Assembly (NCBI RefSeq): GCF_013315695.1
Contig: NZ_CP054353.1
Length of the DNA: 64,000 nt
Source of the DNA: Escherichia coli
GTDB lineage: Bacteria; Pseudomonadota; Gammaproteobacteria; Enterobacterales; Enterobacteriaceae
Direction: 5' to 3' (one strand)
The notes under the pieces were generated by a model. That model did not search any database. It was not told the origin of the DNA and saw only the letters and a program-made list of their open reading frames with translations. Made by a program: the position numbers and the translations under genes. This document shows, piece after piece, positions 39,887 through 52,352 of this stretch. Position 1 is the stretch's first letter. Each line of letters starts with the position of its first letter.

Positions 39887-40909
39887 ATGACACTTCATCG
39901 CTTTAAGAAAATCGCCTTACTTAGCGCTCTTGGCATTGCCGCAATCTCTATGAATGTGCAGGCCGCAGAGCGTATTGCATTTATTCCCAAACTGGTTGGC
40001 GTGGGATTTTTTACCAGCGGTGGCAACGGCGCACAACAAGCGGGTAAAGAGCTGGGCGTTGATGTGACCTACGACGGGCCGACAGAACCCAGTGTTTCTG
40101 GTCAGGTACAGTTGATTAATAACTTCGTCAATCAGGGCTATAACGCCATTATCGTTTCTGCGGTTTCGCCTGATGGCTTGTGTCCGGCACTGAAACGCGC
40201 CATGCAACGTGGTGTGAGAGTGCTGACCTGGGACTCTGATACTAAACCGGAGTGCCGCTCTTACTACATTAATCAGGGAACGCCCGCCCAGTTGGGAGGT
40301 ATGTTGGTGGATATGGCGGCGCGTCAGGTGAATAAAGACAAAGCCAAAGTCGCGTTTTTCTACTCAAGCCCCACCGTTACGGACCAAAACCAGTGGGTGA
40401 AAGAAGCGAAAGCGAAAATCGCCAAAGAGCATCCAGGCTGGGAAATTGTCACTACGCAGTTTGGCTATAACGATGCCACTAAATCGTTACAAACCGCAGA
40501 AGGAATATTAAAAGCCTATAACGATCTCGACGCCATTATCGCCCCCGATGCCAATGCCCTGCCCGCTGCCGCACAAGCCGCAGAAAACCTGAAAAATGAC
40601 AAAGTTGCGATTGTCGGATTCAGTACGCCAAACGTGATGCGTCCATATGTGGAACGCGGCACGGTGAAAGAATTTGGCCTGTGGGATGTGGTTCAGCAAG
40701 GCAAAATATCAGTTTATGTCGCGGATGCATTATTGAAAAAAGGATCAATGAAAACGGGCGACAAGCTGGATATTCAGGGCGTAGGTCAGGTGGAAGTCTC
40801 GCCAAACAGCGTTCAGGGCTATGACTACGAAGCGGATGGTAATGGCATCGTACTGTTACCGGAGCGCGTGATATTCAACAAAGAGAATATCGGCAAATAC
40901 GATTTCTGA
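39887..40909 (+). CDS. lsrB: LsrB, periplasmic AI-2 binding protein
   Basis: 340 aa with signal peptide [26 protein letters not shown]; periplasmic sugar-binding fold. Confidence 0.9.
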   Translation: MTLHRFKKIALLSALGIAAISMNVQAAERIAFIPKLVGVGFFTSGGNGAQQAGKELGVDVTYDGPTEPSVSGQVQLINNFVNQGYNAIIVSAVSPDGLCPALKRAMQRGVRVLTWDSDTKPECRSYYINQGTPAQLGGMLVDMAARQVNKDKAKVAFFYSSPTVTDQNQWVKEAKAKIAKEHPGWEIVTTQFGYNDATKSLQTAEGILKAYNDLDAIIAPDANALPAAAQAAENLKNDKVAIVGFSTPNVMRPYVERGTVKEFGLWDVVQQGKISVYVADALLKKGSMKTGDKLDIQGVGQVEVSPNSVQGYDYEADGNGIVLLPERVIFNKENIGKYDF

Positions 40910-40935
40910 TGTGCATTACTTAACCGGAGTACGTT

Positions 40936-41811
40936 ATGGCAGATTTAGACGATATTAAAGATGGTAAAGATTTTCGTACCGATCAACCGCAAAAAAATAT
41001 CCCTTTTACCCTGAAAGGTTGCGGTGCACTGGATTGGGGAATGCAGTCACGCTTATCGCGGATATTTAATCCGAAAACGGGTAAAACCGTGATGCTGGCC
41101 TTTGATCATGGTTATTTTCAGGGGCCGACTACTGGACTTGAACGCATTGATATAAATATCGCCCCGCTGTTTGAACATGCCGATGTATTAATGTGTACGC
41201 GCGGCATTTTGCGCAGCGTAGTCCCCCCTGCGACCAATAAGCCGGTGGTACTGCGGGCGTCAGGTGCGAACTCTATTCTGGCGGAATTAAGTAATGAAGC
41301 CGTGGCGTTATCGATGGATGACGCCGTGCGCCTGAACAGTTGCGCGGTGGCGGCGCAGGTTTATATCGGCAGCGAATATGAACATCAGTCGATCAAAAAT
41401 ATTATTCAGCTGGTCGATGCCGGAATGAAAGTGGGAATGCCGACCATGGCCGTGACTGGCGTGGGCAAAGATATGGTGCGCGATCAGCGTTATTTCTCGC
41501 TCGCGACTCGAATCGCCGCTGAAATGGGGGCGCAAATTATCAAAACCTATTATGTCGAAAAAGGTTTTGAACGGATTGTTGCCGGATGTCCGGTACCCAT
41601 TGTTATTGCTGGCGGTAAAAAATTACCGGAGCGCGAGGCGCTGGAAATGTGCTGGCAGGCTATCGATCAGGGCGCTTCTGGTGTGGATATGGGGCGTAAT
41701 ATTTTCCAGTCTGACCATCCGGTGGCGATGATGAAAGCCGTACAGGCGGTGGTACACCATAACGAAACGGCTGATCGGGCATATGAACTCTATCTGAGTG
41801 AAAAACAGTAA
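40936..41811 (+). CDS. lsrF: LsrF, class I aldolase-like thiolase acting on phospho-AI-2 product
   Basis: 291 aa DeoC/FbaB-type aldolase-fold ORF in lsr operon context. Confidence 0.9.
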   Translation: MADLDDIKDGKDFRTDQPQKNIPFTLKGCGALDWGMQSRLSRIFNPKTGKTVMLAFDHGYFQGPTTGLERIDINIAPLFEHADVLMCTRGILRSVVPPATNKPVVLRASGANSILAELSNEAVALSMDDAVRLNSCAVAAQVYIGSEYEHQSIKNIIQLVDAGMKVGMPTMAVTGVGKDMVRDQRYFSLATRIAAEMGAQIIKTYYVEKGFERIVAGCPVPIVIAGGKKLPEREALEMCWQAIDQGASGVDMGRNIFQSDHPVAMMKAVQAVVHHNETADRAYELYLSEKQ

Positions 41812-41834
41812 CTGCGGATTTAAGGAGAAGAATT

Positions 41835-42125
41835 ATGCACGTCACACTGGTTGAAATTAACGTTCATGAAGACAAGGTTGACGAGTTTATCGAAGTTTTT
41901 CGCCAGAACCACCTGGGCTCGGTACAGGAAGAAGGCAATTTGCGCTTCGATGTCTTACAGGACCCGGAAGTGAATTCGCGCTTTTATATCTACGAAGCTT
42001 ATAAAGATGAAGACGCAGTGGCGTTCCATAAAACCACGCCCCACTACAAAACCTGTGTCGCAAAACTGGAAGCTTTAATGACCGGGCCGCGTAAAAAACG
42101 TCTGTTCAATGGATTGATGCCGTGA
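41835..42125 (+). CDS. lsrG: LsrG, phospho-AI-2 isomerase (ABM-domain)
   Basis: 96 aa [29 protein letters not shown]; last gene of the lsr operon. Confidence 0.9.
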   Translation: MHVTLVEINVHEDKVDEFIEVFRQNHLGSVQEEGNLRFDVLQDPEVNSRFYIYEAYKDEDAVAFHKTTPHYKTCVAKLEALMTGPRKKRLFNGLMP

Positions 42126-42181
42126 GGCGAATTTATCAGTTTTATCTACACTAGGGGTAACGCGCTGACGGGAGTAAAAAT

Positions 42182-42940
42182 ATGTCTGACTGGAACCCCT
42201 CTTTATATCTGCACTTTGCCGCTGAACGATCGCGTCCGGCGATGGAGCTGCTTGCCAGAGTGCCGCTGGAGAATATCGAATACGTTGCCGATCTTGGCTG
42301 TGGCCCAGGTAACAGCACCGCACTGCTGCATCAACGTTGGCCTGCGGCCAGGATAACAGGCATCGACTCGTCTCCGGCGATGATTGCTGAAGCGCGCAGT
42401 GCTTTGCCAGACTGCCAGTTCGTGGAAGCAGACATCCGCAACTGGCAACCGGAACAGGCACTCGATCTGATTTTTGCTAATGCCTCACTGCAATGGCTGC
42501 CCGACCACTACGAATTGTTCCCTCATCTGGTTTCTTTACTTAATTCGCATGGTGTGTTGGCAGTACAGATGCCAGATAACTGGCTGGAGCCGACCCATGT
42601 GCTCATGCGCGAAGTTGCCTGGGAACAAAACTACCCGGATCGCGGGCGTGAGCCGCTGGCTGGCGTTCATGCTTACTACGATATTCTGAGTGAAGCCGGA
42701 TGTGAGGTCGATATCTGGCGAACCACTTACTATCACCAGATGCCGTCGCACCAGGCGATTATCGATTGGGTGACCGCCACTGGATTACGTCCGTGGTTAC
42801 AGGATCTGACCGAGAGCGAACAGCAGCATTTTCTTACGCGCTACCATCAGATGCTGGAAGAGCAATATCCCCTCCAGGAGAACGGACAGATATTGCTGGC
42901 ATTTCCGCGTCTGTTTATTGTTGCCCGCCGTACGGAGTAA
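42182..42940 (+). CDS. tam: Trans-aconitate 2-methyltransferase
   Basis: 252 aa SAM-dependent methyltransferase ([10 protein letters not shown] motif). Confidence 0.9.
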   Translation: MSDWNPSLYLHFAAERSRPAMELLARVPLENIEYVADLGCGPGNSTALLHQRWPAARITGIDSSPAMIAEARSALPDCQFVEADIRNWQPEQALDLIFANASLQWLPDHYELFPHLVSLLNSHGVLAVQMPDNWLEPTHVLMREVAWEQNYPDRGREPLAGVHAYYDILSEAGCEVDIWRTTYYHQMPSHQAIIDWVTATGLRPWLQDLTESEQQHFLTRYHQMLEEQYPLQENGQILLAFPRLFIVARRTE

Positions 42941-42943
42941 TTA

Positions 42944-43858
42944 TCACGTCAGCTGGTAATGGCGATCGGGAAGAATTTTCGCTGGAATTTCTGCTTCATC
43001 GTTCATCTGTAACAGGTCAATTTCAATAGCGTTGCAGATGGCATCCAGCGGTAAATCATTGTTTTCAGTACCGAAGGGATCTTCCAGTTCTTCCGCCAGA
43101 CAATCCAGCGAAATAAAAGTGTAGGAAATCAGCACAGAGATAAAAGGCGTCATGTAATGCAGATCCACGACCAGCGCGAACGGCAGCATGATACAAAACA
43201 GATAAACGGTACGATGCAAAATCAGGGTGTAGGCAAAGGGAATTGGCGTATAGGCAATGCGCTCGCAGCCTGCCAGAACCGCTGAAATATCATTAAGCCG
43301 ATCGTTGAGGCTAATAAACAGGATATCTGAAAGCTGCCCATTGCGGCGCTGAACCGCCAACCACTCCCCCATTATTAACAAGATGCGGTTAGCTGGAGAG
43401 TTCGAAGCCAGTACACGCTGAAGATCTTCAGTCTTGAGATAATGAGCCAGCACTTCCGCCTGTGGCTGTTTGCGTAATGTCATGCGTAAACAGTGGGCGA
43501 AGGCGATTTGCAGCCGGGCAAACTCCCTTACACTTGCCGAATCCGGTAATGTCGTTTTTACCTCGCGCAGTAACGACCGCGAGGCAATCATCAACTGCCC
43601 CCAAAGTTTTCGCGCTTCAACGTAACGGGCGTAACCGGCATTATTACGAAAACCAAGAAAAATGGCGATGGCGACACCGAGAATGCTGAACGGTGCGAGG
43701 GTGAATTTGATGCCCAAATGCGTGTACCAGGGCAGCATGAAAATAACAGCGATAGAAAAGAGAAAATTGAGTAGTAAGCGCGAGGATATCTTGGATAATA
43801 CTGAGCCGTGCCAGACAAAAATACGGCGCAGCCAGTGTTGTTGTGGACGAACAATCAT
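42944..43858 (-). CDS. yneE: YneE, bestrophin-like membrane protein; start uncertain (track ORF extends to 43909)
   Basis: Polytopic membrane ORF convergent with tam. Confidence 0.8.
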   Translation of the reverse strand: MIVRPQQHWLRRIFVWHGSVLSKISSRLLLNFLFSIAVIFMLPWYTHLGIKFTLAPFSILGVAIAIFLGFRNNAGYARYVEARKLWGQLMIASRSLLREVKTTLPDSASVREFARLQIAFAHCLRMTLRKQPQAEVLAHYLKTEDLQRVLASNSPANRILLIMGEWLAVQRRNGQLSDILFISLNDRLNDISAVLAGCERIAYTPIPFAYTLILHRTVYLFCIMLPFALVVDLHYMTPFISVLISYTFISLDCLAEELEDPFGTENNDLPLDAICNAIEIDLLQMNDEAEIPAKILPDRHYQLT

Positions 43859-44054
43859 GGTTATCTTCAGGCGTGGAAAAGTCGCCCTATTAAACGTGAT
43901 TACGATCACATTCTCAATACGCTACTTACAAATTACCTACAAGCTTACAACATTAACAGGCGCTGCATGTGACACCTGTTAATGATAAAGGCATATAGGA
44001 TGTTGTAACTAATATAGTAAAATAAGAAACCCGGTCGAAACCGGGTTCAGAGTA

Positions 44055-45506
44055 TTAGCACAACGGGCGTACTGCTTCGCGCATCCCTTTTTCGAGAATC
44101 GCATCCAGGTCATTAGCCACCTGCTCGACCAGACCAGGCACTTGCGTCAGGTCCTGCTTCCAGTGGTCTTTTTCTGCCAACACAATCGCTACCAGTTCCT
44201 GGGTACCTATAACACGGTCACGATGCTGACTCCAGAGTTGCTGATAACGTTCCAGCCAGTGAGCATCGTCCTGTACCGGATATGTTTCTCCATTACGCTC
44301 ACCGCGATAGAACGCAATCAATGCCGCTAATGCGAAAGTAAGGCGCGCCGGAAGTGTGCCGTTTGCCTTCTGCCCTGCCAGTAGCTGCGGCAGGATGCGG
44401 GTACGGAACTTGGTCATACCGTTGAGCGCGATAGACAGCAGCTGATGCTTGATGTACGGGTTACGGAAACGCCCGGTGACTGCACTGGCGAAAGACTCCA
44501 GTTCATCGCGAGGCAAATCCAGAACCGGAATAATTTCTTCGTAGATGGCTTTCTCAACGAATGCGCAAATTTCAGCATCGTTCATCGCTTCACCTACGGT
44601 ATCCAGCCCTGCCTGGAACGCCACCGGCACCAGCGCGGTGTGTGCACCGTTGAGTATTGCCACTTTGCGTTCTTTATACGGTTTAATATCGTCAACAATC
44701 AGCACGTTGAGCGGATATTTGTCCAGACGCAGTTCAGTCGCTAAGGATTTCGGCCCCTGAATCACAAACAGGTAAAAGTGTTCAGCGGTGTCGAGGAAAC
44801 CATCGTGATAACCCAGTTCTTCTTCCAGTTTAGCCACTTCATCACGCGGATAACCGGTAACGATACGGTCCACCAGCGTAGAACAGAAGCTGTTAGCCTG
44901 ATCCAGCCATTGAATAAATGCTTCTGGCAGTGCCCACTCTTGCGCGTAGCGCAGCACCAGTTCACGCAGTGCATCGCCGTTATAGTCGATCAGTTCACAT
45001 GGTATGATGATCCAACCTTTATCCTGCGCTCCGTTGAAATGGCTAAAACGTTCGAACAGCAGACGGGTCAGTTTTGCCGGATAACTTACCGCTGGCGCGT
45101 CATCGAATTTATCGCCCGCATGGTAGCTGATACCCGCTTCGGTGGTGTTAGAGAAAACAAAGCGCATTTCCGGGTTGTGCGCCAGTTTCAGGAATTCATC
45201 GTATTCACTGTAGACGCTGATTTCACGATTAACAGAGCGAATCAGACGCGCGTCGCTGACCGCTTCCCCCTTCTCGTTCAGACCACGGATAATGGTGGTG
45301 TACAGACCATCCTGCGTGCTCAGTGACGGCGGGAATGAAGTTTCAATCGGACGAACAACGACCACGCCAGAATTCAGATCGGTGTGCTCATTCAGGAGAT
45401 CGATTTGCCAGTCAACAAAGGCGCGCAGGAAGTTACCTTCACCAAACTGAATGATACGTTCTGGATACTGTGCACCGGGAAAATCGCGACGATTTAGTGT
45501 TTTCAC
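44055..45506 (-). CDS. uxaB: Altronate oxidoreductase (tagaturonate reductase)
   Basis: 483 aa mannitol-dehydrogenase-family [33 protein letters not shown]. Confidence 0.92.
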   Translation of the reverse strand: MKTLNRRDFPGAQYPERIIQFGEGNFLRAFVDWQIDLLNEHTDLNSGVVVVRPIETSFPPSLSTQDGLYTTIIRGLNEKGEAVSDARLIRSVNREISVYSEYDEFLKLAHNPEMRFVFSNTTEAGISYHAGDKFDDAPAVSYPAKLTRLLFERFSHFNGAQDKGWIIIPCELIDYNGDALRELVLRYAQEWALPEAFIQWLDQANSFCSTLVDRIVTGYPRDEVAKLEEELGYHDGFLDTAEHFYLFVIQGPKSLATELRLDKYPLNVLIVDDIKPYKERKVAILNGAHTALVPVAFQAGLDTVGEAMNDAEICAFVEKAIYEEIIPVLDLPRDELESFASAVTGRFRNPYIKHQLLSIALNGMTKFRTRILPQLLAGQKANGTLPARLTFALAALIAFYRGERNGETYPVQDDAHWLERYQQLWSQHRDRVIGTQELVAIVLAEKDHWKQDLTQVPGLVEQVANDLDAILEKGMREAVRPLC

Positions 45507-45733
45507 AATGGGTTCCCTTCTGATTAGTCATACAACCTGTTTGAATTGGTACGACAGGTTAGCAAACTTTAATACGCCGAACCCCTGTTTTGATCAACTC
45601 CTGATGATTAATGAGCAGTTTTATGAGAAAAGTGTGGCGCGGATCATGGTTTAATCGAGGAACTACGCCTTTTATTCGCTCAATAAAGTGGTAGAACACA
45701 TTCCATTTAAATCGCTGTGAATGAATAAAGATG

Positions 45734-47152
45734 TCAGACAACTTCCTCACCGTAACGCATAGTGCTGGTACGGTTGCGCCCATCTTTCTTCGAGCGATAC
45801 AGACATGTATCGGCTTCGACCATCAATTTATTAAAGTCATCGGTCAGCGTTCGGTACGATGCGCAACCACTACCGACGCCAATACTTACCGTGAGATAAA
45901 GCGTTTTTTGTTGCCAGGTGAACGGTTGCAGTTCAACGCCTTTACGGATTTTTTCCGCCATTAGCAGACCATCGACAGGATTCACCGATGGCACTGCAAC
46001 AGCAAATTCCTCGCCGCCCATTCGCGCCACCAGCCCCTTATCACCGACAATCTTCTGAATATGCTGGGCAAACACGCTTAACACTTTATCGCCACATTCA
46101 TGTCCATAGTTATCGTTAATGCTTTTGAAATAGTCGATATCAAGCAGCATGACAGTCAGATGTTGTGTCTGTTTCAGCGATGGACTTTTCAGCGCCTCAT
46201 AAAGACCGGACCGTGAGTAAACCTGAGTCAGAAAATCAAAGTCGGCTCGCAGCGCAACTTGCTTCATTAGCGAATTGATCGCTGCCACGCTAAAAGAAAC
46301 CATAATTGGGCATATCGCCATCGTGGCAATACCGAGACGTGCGGAGAACATTTCTGGAATGGAGAATGGCGAACCGACCGAGATATCAATCACCGAATTT
46401 GCCACCAGTACGATTTCCACCGCACCGGTGACAAAGGTCAACAGACATGTTACCTGCGGCGTATAGCGCACTGCACACCAGATTAATGCAGGCAGCGGGA
46501 ACGCCAGACTCCCCGCTCCGCCAATGACTACCGAGGCAATAACCGACACAATAAGCGCGATGGCGGGCATCATCTGTTCTGCTTTAAAGCGCGGCAGCAC
46601 TCCCGGAATAGCCAACGTCAGCATACAAGGCACGATCAACACGCCCGTTGAGAATTGCTCACTGAACCAGTCCGCAAGCAAAGGCCAGAAATCCAGACTA
46701 TCAATACTGACCGAACCAATCGCCCCGACAATAGCGCATAATAATGCGGCAATCAGACAGTAATTAAATAGCCGTAAGGCACTTACTGGCTCATACTTAT
46801 TTTTCCCCAAACGCTTATCCCGCACGACCAGTAAGGCGACGGTAACAATAAACATCATATTGGAGAAATTGATAGCCAGTGAAACCAGCCCCCATTCGGT
46901 GGTTATGGCATCATAAACCAGCATTGCCACATAACTGATCGCATAGTAATGCAGTCGATTAAGCCAGACATAGCGGGCAAACACCCCCGCCATTACGCCA
47001 TTCAGCGGCCAGAAAAGAGAAAGTTCGTGAACCAGCCGTAACTCTGCACCAATGAAATAGAACAGCGTGGTTAGCGCAAAAATAGCGATGCTATTACGTA
47101 GCAGATGACCTTCCAGGAACAAACGGAAAGTTGAAATGGGCTGTACATGCAT
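45734..47152 (-). CDS. dgcF: Diguanylate cyclase with N-terminal MASE1 membrane domain and GGDEF domain
   Basis: 472 aa; multiple TM helices then a GGDEF domain with an intact GGEEF motif (RMGGEEFAVAV). Confidence 0.85.
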   Translation of the reverse strand: MHVQPISTFRLFLEGHLLRNSIAIFALTTLFYFIGAELRLVHELSLFWPLNGVMAGVFARYVWLNRLHYYAISYVAMLVYDAITTEWGLVSLAINFSNMMFIVTVALLVVRDKRLGKNKYEPVSALRLFNYCLIAALLCAIVGAIGSVSIDSLDFWPLLADWFSEQFSTGVLIVPCMLTLAIPGVLPRFKAEQMMPAIALIVSVIASVVIGGAGSLAFPLPALIWCAVRYTPQVTCLLTFVTGAVEIVLVANSVIDISVGSPFSIPEMFSARLGIATMAICPIMVSFSVAAINSLMKQVALRADFDFLTQVYSRSGLYEALKSPSLKQTQHLTVMLLDIDYFKSINDNYGHECGDKVLSVFAQHIQKIVGDKGLVARMGGEEFAVAVPSVNPVDGLLMAEKIRKGVELQPFTWQQKTLYLTVSIGVGSGCASYRTLTDDFNKLMVEADTCLYRSKKDGRNRTSTMRYGEEVV

Positions 47153-47290
47153 TAATTATCTGTCCATACAATTGCGGATGGCAATTATCTCAACGTAATA
47201 AGTAAATTCTCATAAAGGATAGCATGTTCGCTGACAGCGGCGGCAAATAAAGATATCCTGGGAATGCTATTTTATCGTTTTCCGCAATTA

Positions 47291-47650
47291 TCATGGCTGA
47301 TTCATCTGTATAACCAACCAGTGATAGATTACCGCCACGATATAACGTTGTTGTTCTTCGCTTAACGAAACACCCTGCGGAATGTTATGCCACTTAGCCA
47401 GACAACCGCGACAACAGGTTGCAGTGGCGTGCTGAGCGATAAACACCGGATGCCCGCGCATGGGGGTTTGCTTACCGTCATTAGTCGGTAATGCCGGAGC
47501 AAGACGTTTAGCGACAAAATCTGCCGCATGTTGTTCAATGACTGGCGCGCCTTTCTCCAGACAATACTGACGCTCTTTCACACCCAAACGAAAGCGAGAG
47601 CGAAATTTTGAACGGGATAAACGCGCGAAGAGTGGATCGAGAGACTGCAT
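47291..47650 (-). CDS. yneG: YneG, DUF4186 protein
   Basis: 119 aa ORF immediately downstream of glsB, as in K-12. Confidence 0.8.
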   Translation of the reverse strand: MQSLDPLFARLSRSKFRSRFRLGVKERQYCLEKGAPVIEQHAADFVAKRLAPALPTNDGKQTPMRGHPVFIAQHATATCCRGCLAKWHNIPQGVSLSEEQQRYIVAVIYHWLVIQMNQP

Positions 47651-48576
47651 TAATAAACTGAACGCCCTAATTGTTTCGTCAATTGTTCAAGGACAGCAAT
47701 GCCCGCAAGCGAGTTACCGGCATCATCCAGTTCCGGGCTCCAGACTGCGATGGCCATTTCATGCGGAACAATCGCCACAATACCGCCACCAACGCCAGAT
47801 TTTGCCGGTAGTCCCACCCGCCAGGCAAACTCCCCCGCGTTCTGGTACATACCACTGGTCGCCATCAGCGCGTTAATTTGCCGCGCCTGCATTGGCGTCA
47901 CCACAGGTTCATCAATATGAATAGCTTTACCCTGATTAGCCAGAAAGACAAACGTCCGGGCCAGCTCTACACAGCTCATTTTCAGAGCGCAGTAATGAAA
48001 GTAGTTTTGCAGAACGGTTGTCACATCATGATGGAAATTGCCAAACGACTTCATCAGCCAGGCGATAGCCGCATTTCGCGCGGAGTGTTCAAATTCGGAA
48101 CGCGCTACCACCGTATCGTAGGAAATATCAGACACACCGCTTAAGCCGCGCACGACTTCCAGCATACGTTGCCGAGGAGCGCTTAATCGCCCTTGCAACA
48201 TATCGCAGACCACCAGCGCACCGGCATTAATAAACGGATTACGCGGAATACCCTGCTCCATTTCCAGTTGCACTAAAGAATTGAACGGTGATCCAGACGG
48301 ATCTTTGCCGACGCGTTGCCAGATTTCCTCTTCGGAGTAATGACGCATGGCGACAACGAGACTCAGCACTTTGGAAATAGACTGAATGGAAAAACGTTCT
48401 TGCGCGTCTCCGGCCTGAAAAAGCTGTCCGTCAACGGTACAGATAGCAATCCCCAATCGGGAACCGTCTACCGTAGCCAGCGCCGGAATATAATCCGCGA
48501 CTTTACCCTGACCAATGAGCGGCCGCACTTGCCGCAAGATGTTTTCTAAAATTGCATTATCCATGGCGACTGCCAC
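47650..48576 (-). CDS. glsB: Glutaminase 2
   Basis: 308 aa serine-dependent glutaminase family ORF. Confidence 0.9.
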   Translation of the reverse strand: MAVAMDNAILENILRQVRPLIGQGKVADYIPALATVDGSRLGIAICTVDGQLFQAGDAQERFSIQSISKVLSLVVAMRHYSEEEIWQRVGKDPSGSPFNSLVQLEMEQGIPRNPFINAGALVVCDMLQGRLSAPRQRMLEVVRGLSGVSDISYDTVVARSEFEHSARNAAIAWLMKSFGNFHHDVTTVLQNYFHYCALKMSCVELARTFVFLANQGKAIHIDEPVVTPMQARQINALMATSGMYQNAGEFAWRVGLPAKSGVGGGIVAIVPHEMAIAVWSPELDDAGNSLAGIAVLEQLTKQLGRSVY

Positions 48577-48639
48577 TTTCTACTCCTGGACCGCAGGTCT
48601 GAAAAGACCTGCGAGTATATCAGAGCTGAATATATAGCG

Positions 48640-50028
48640 TCAGACCCGGTCTTTCCACACCGTCTGGATATTACAGAATTCGTGTAAGCCAAAATGGGAA
48701 AGCTCACGCCCAAAGCCACTCTTCTTCACGCCACCAAAGGCCACTCGCGCATCGCTGGCACAATAACCATTGATAAACACCCCACCGCATTCCAGACGTG
48801 CCGCCATCTGTCTGGCCTGTGTTTCGTCAGTGGTAAAAATGGTCGCTGAAAGGCCGAACTCGCTATCATTAGCCAGTTCCAGTGCATGTTCTGCATCTTT
48901 CGCAATGGTGATTGCCGCAACGGGGCCAAACATTTCTTCCCGAAACGCGGTCATTTCTGGGGTAACATTCGCCAGAACCGTTGGCGGATAGTAGTTACCT
49001 GCCCCAGCCATCTTTTCCCCGCCCAGTAACAAACGCGCACCCTGCGCCAGGGTTTTCTCCACCTGATGATGCAGCTCATCACGTAAATCAAAACGAGCCA
49101 TTGGTCCGAGAGTGTTCTCTTCGTCACGGGGATCGCCCATTTTCAAGGCTGCCGCAGCTGCCACAAAACGTTCGGTAAATGCCGAAGCAATTCCCTCTTC
49201 GATGATAAAGCGTTTTGCCGCTGCACAAACCTGTCCGGTATTCTGATAACGTCCGGCTACCGCCGCTTTAACCGCCAGTTCCAGATCGGCATCGTTAAGC
49301 ACAATAAATGGATCCGAACCGCCAAGTTCCAGTACGCATTTTTTCAGTGCCGCTCCAGCCTGTGCGCCAATAGCCGCTCCCGCACGAACACTTCCGGTCA
49401 CCGTGACAGCAGCAATGCGCGAGTCTTTAATCATCTGACTGACGCCGTCGTTGTCGGCATTCAGCCAGCCATATACGCCTTGTGGGATACCCGCATCTTT
49501 AAACACCTGGGCAATGAGCTGTGCACAGCCCATCACATTCGGCGCATGTTTAAGTAAGTAGCCGTTACCTGCAAGAATGATGGGAACCGCGCCACGCATC
49601 ACCTGCCATAACGGAAAATTCCACGGCATAATCGCCAGAATTGTCCCCAACGGTCGATACTCAATAACTGCCTGCTGATTTTCCACCAGCGCAGGTTCCG
49701 CCTTCAGCATTGCCGGACCATGTTCTGCATACCAGTCACACAAATTCGCCGATTTCGCCACTTCAGCGCGCGCCTGGTTGATTGGTTTGCCCATTTCACG
49801 GGTGATCATTTGCGCCATTTCTTCGCTACGGACACGCAGAGCCTTACCGATATCACGCAGTTTTTCAGCACGATAATCTATATTTGTCTCGCGCCAGTCG
49901 CGAAAGCCTGCTGCCGCCAGCTGAAGTGCGTTTTCGATATCATCAGCGCCAGCCCACGGCAGCACAGAAAGTTGTTCACCGGTGGCAGGATTTATCGAAA
50001 TTGCATGAGTTGCCGGAGTAATGGTCAT
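48640..50028 (-). CDS. sad: NAD(P)-dependent succinate-semialdehyde dehydrogenase
   Basis: 462 aa aldehyde dehydrogenase with catalytic Cys/Glu motifs ([16 protein letters not shown]). Confidence 0.9.
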   Translation of the reverse strand: MTITPATHAISINPATGEQLSVLPWAGADDIENALQLAAAGFRDWRETNIDYRAEKLRDIGKALRVRSEEMAQMITREMGKPINQARAEVAKSANLCDWYAEHGPAMLKAEPALVENQQAVIEYRPLGTILAIMPWNFPLWQVMRGAVPIILAGNGYLLKHAPNVMGCAQLIAQVFKDAGIPQGVYGWLNADNDGVSQMIKDSRIAAVTVTGSVRAGAAIGAQAGAALKKCVLELGGSDPFIVLNDADLELAVKAAVAGRYQNTGQVCAAAKRFIIEEGIASAFTERFVAAAAALKMGDPRDEENTLGPMARFDLRDELHHQVEKTLAQGARLLLGGEKMAGAGNYYPPTVLANVTPEMTAFREEMFGPVAAITIAKDAEHALELANDSEFGLSATIFTTDETQARQMAARLECGGVFINGYCASDARVAFGGVKKSGFGRELSHFGLHEFCNIQTVWKDRV

Positions 50029-50128
50029 CGGGGTATCTCCTTTATGGGTTATGGTAAAAAGATACGTAGATTTACTCTTGCTTGAAAATGAATAATATTA
50101 AGCCACTTATTCACGAATCGAGAATATT

Positions 50129-51010
50129 ATGGATCTGACCCAACTGGAGATGTTCAACGCGGTTGCCGAAGCTGGCAGCATTACCCAGGCTGCAGCAAAA
50201 GTGCATCGCGTGCCGTCGAATCTCACTACCCGTCTACGCCAGCTGGAAACAGAACTGGGGGTTGATCTGTTTATTCGCGAGAATCAGCGTTTACGTCTCT
50301 CGCCTGCCGGGCATAACTTTTTACGCTATAGCCAACAAATTCTCGCGTTAGTGGATGAAGCGCGGAGCGTTGTCGCTGGCGATGAGCCGCAAGGTTTATT
50401 TTCTCTTGGTTCGCTGGAAAGCACCGCAGCAGTACGCATTCCGGCCACGCTGGCGGAATTTAACCGTCGATATCCCAAAATTCAGTTTTCACTTTCCACC
50501 GGCCCTTCCGGCACTATGCTGGAAGGGGTGCTGGAGGGAAAACTGAATGCAGCGTTTATTGATGGGCCCATTAACCATACTGCCATTGACGGGATACCGG
50601 TCTACCGCGAGGAGCTGATGATCGTCACGTCACAAGGACATGCGCCAGTAACCCGCGCCAGTCAGGTTAATGGCAGTAACATTTATGCCTTCCGCGCCAA
50701 TTGTTCGTATCGTCGCCACTTCGAGAGCTGGTTTCATGCTGACGGTGCCGCTCCGGGAACTATCCATGAGATGGAGTCTTATCACGGAATGTTGGCCTGT
50801 GTGGTCGCAGGAGCAGGTATTGCGCTTATTCCGCGTTCTATGCTGGAAAGTATGCCGGGGCATCACCAGGTTGAAGCGTGGCCGTTAGCTGAGCAATGGC
50901 GTTGGTTAACAACCTGGCTGGTCTGGCGTCGTGGTGCGAAAACGCGTCCGCTCGAGGCATTTATTCAACTGCTGGATGTGCCTGACTCGGCAAAACAGGG
51001 TTACCAATGA
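50129..51010 (+). CDS. yneJ: LysR-family transcriptional regulator
   Basis: 293 aa ORF with N-terminal LysR HTH; divergent from sad. Confidence 0.88.
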   Translation: MDLTQLEMFNAVAEAGSITQAAAKVHRVPSNLTTRLRQLETELGVDLFIRENQRLRLSPAGHNFLRYSQQILALVDEARSVVAGDEPQGLFSLGSLESTAAVRIPATLAEFNRRYPKIQFSLSTGPSGTMLEGVLEGKLNAAFIDGPINHTAIDGIPVYREELMIVTSQGHAPVTRASQVNGSNIYAFRANCSYRRHFESWFHADGAAPGTIHEMESYHGMLACVVAGAGIALIPRSMLESMPGHHQVEAWPLAEQWRWLTTWLVWRRGAKTRPLEAFIQLLDVPDSAKQGYQ

Positions 51011-51087
51011 GCTATTTTTGATAGTTCTTGCGGCTAATATGCTCTATATAGTGATGTTCCGATGACTTATGACTATATGGGGCAAAT

Positions 51088-52203
51088 ATGGTTACGCCAG
51101 TAAGCATCAGCAATTACATATCTCTTCCTGATGATTTTCCCGTACGTAATATTGCACCGCAGGTAAAAGAAGTTTTAAAGGATTTCATTGATGCACTTAG
51201 TACAATAATATGTGATGAAGAGTGGCGCACGTCTTTAAACATCAACTCAGCCACAAAAAAGATATTTAATAACCTTGACAACTTATCATATATTCAGAGG
51301 ACTTCTTTTCGGGGTAACGACACGCTATACAATGAAAAGGTTCAGTTTAAACTCACTTATCCCGTCAAGAATGGAAGACACAAAGAAAATATTGAATTTC
51401 AGGTAGTAATAAATTTAAGCCCTATTTATTTAGATAATTTCCGCCATGATGGGGAAATTAATATTTTTTGCGCTCCCAACCCAAAGCCTGTCACTATGGG
51501 GCGCGTATTTCAGACCGGCGTCGAGCGTGTGCTCTTTCTGTTTCTGAATGACTTTATAGAACAATTTCCAATGATCAACCCTGGCGTTCCTATCAAAAGA
51601 GCGCATACGCCACATATTGAACCCCTGCATCCGGATCACCATACCGCTGCAGATTACATACGCCAGTTTGATTTGCTTGTCCTGAATTTTATCTCTCGCG
51701 GTAATTTTGTCATACTCCCCCGATTATGGAATAACTCTGAGGTTCACAGATGGTTCGGGAATAAAGAACCTAACTTGCTCACCGCTATTCTCGACATAAC
51801 GGACAGCGAATTAAAAGAGGATTTATTGCAAAGTCTGATGGATTCACTAGGTTCTAACAAACATGTACTACCCGAAGTCTGCATCTGCTTTTTATCCCTT
51901 TTAGCAGAACAAGATTTTCCACATTTTCAGGAGTTGTTTTTATTTTTCGCCAATATGTTATTGCACTATCACCAATTTATGAATCCCAATGAAAGTGATT
52001 TGATTGACGTGTTGATGCCAGCATCATTAAGTGATGATAAAATTATCAAACATATGGCGCGCAAGACCCTCAAACTTTTTGTAAAAAATGAAACGCCGCC
52101 AAAAGTTACTCATGAAGACCTGGTGAAAAACAGGCCTCGCTCCCCTGTCAGACCACCTATACCCGCAACCTCCAAAACGCCAGACCTCCCTGAACGTCAT
52201 TAA
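51088..52203 (+). CDS. yneK: YneK, uncharacterized protein
   Basis: 371 aa ORF in K-12 synteny between yneJ and ydeA; no recognizable motifs by eye. Confidence 0.75.
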   Translation: MVTPVSISNYISLPDDFPVRNIAPQVKEVLKDFIDALSTIICDEEWRTSLNINSATKKIFNNLDNLSYIQRTSFRGNDTLYNEKVQFKLTYPVKNGRHKENIEFQVVINLSPIYLDNFRHDGEINIFCAPNPKPVTMGRVFQTGVERVLFLFLNDFIEQFPMINPGVPIKRAHTPHIEPLHPDHHTAADYIRQFDLLVLNFISRGNFVILPRLWNNSEVHRWFGNKEPNLLTAILDITDSELKEDLLQSLMDSLGSNKHVLPEVCICFLSLLAEQDFPHFQELFLFFANMLLHYHQFMNPNESDLIDVLMPASLSDDKIIKHMARKTLKLFVKNETPPKVTHEDLVKNRPRSPVRPPIPATSKTPDLPERH

Positions 52204-52352
52204 ACCGTGATGTGACCGACTCTCTGACGCGTGAAAGAATCAGCGTCAGAGAAACGGAAAACGCGATCCAGATCACAAATGCATTGTATTCACATCATTA
52301 ACCGTTTTAAGATCATTTCATCACTTTTTCGCAACTCACCCGATAATCTGTT

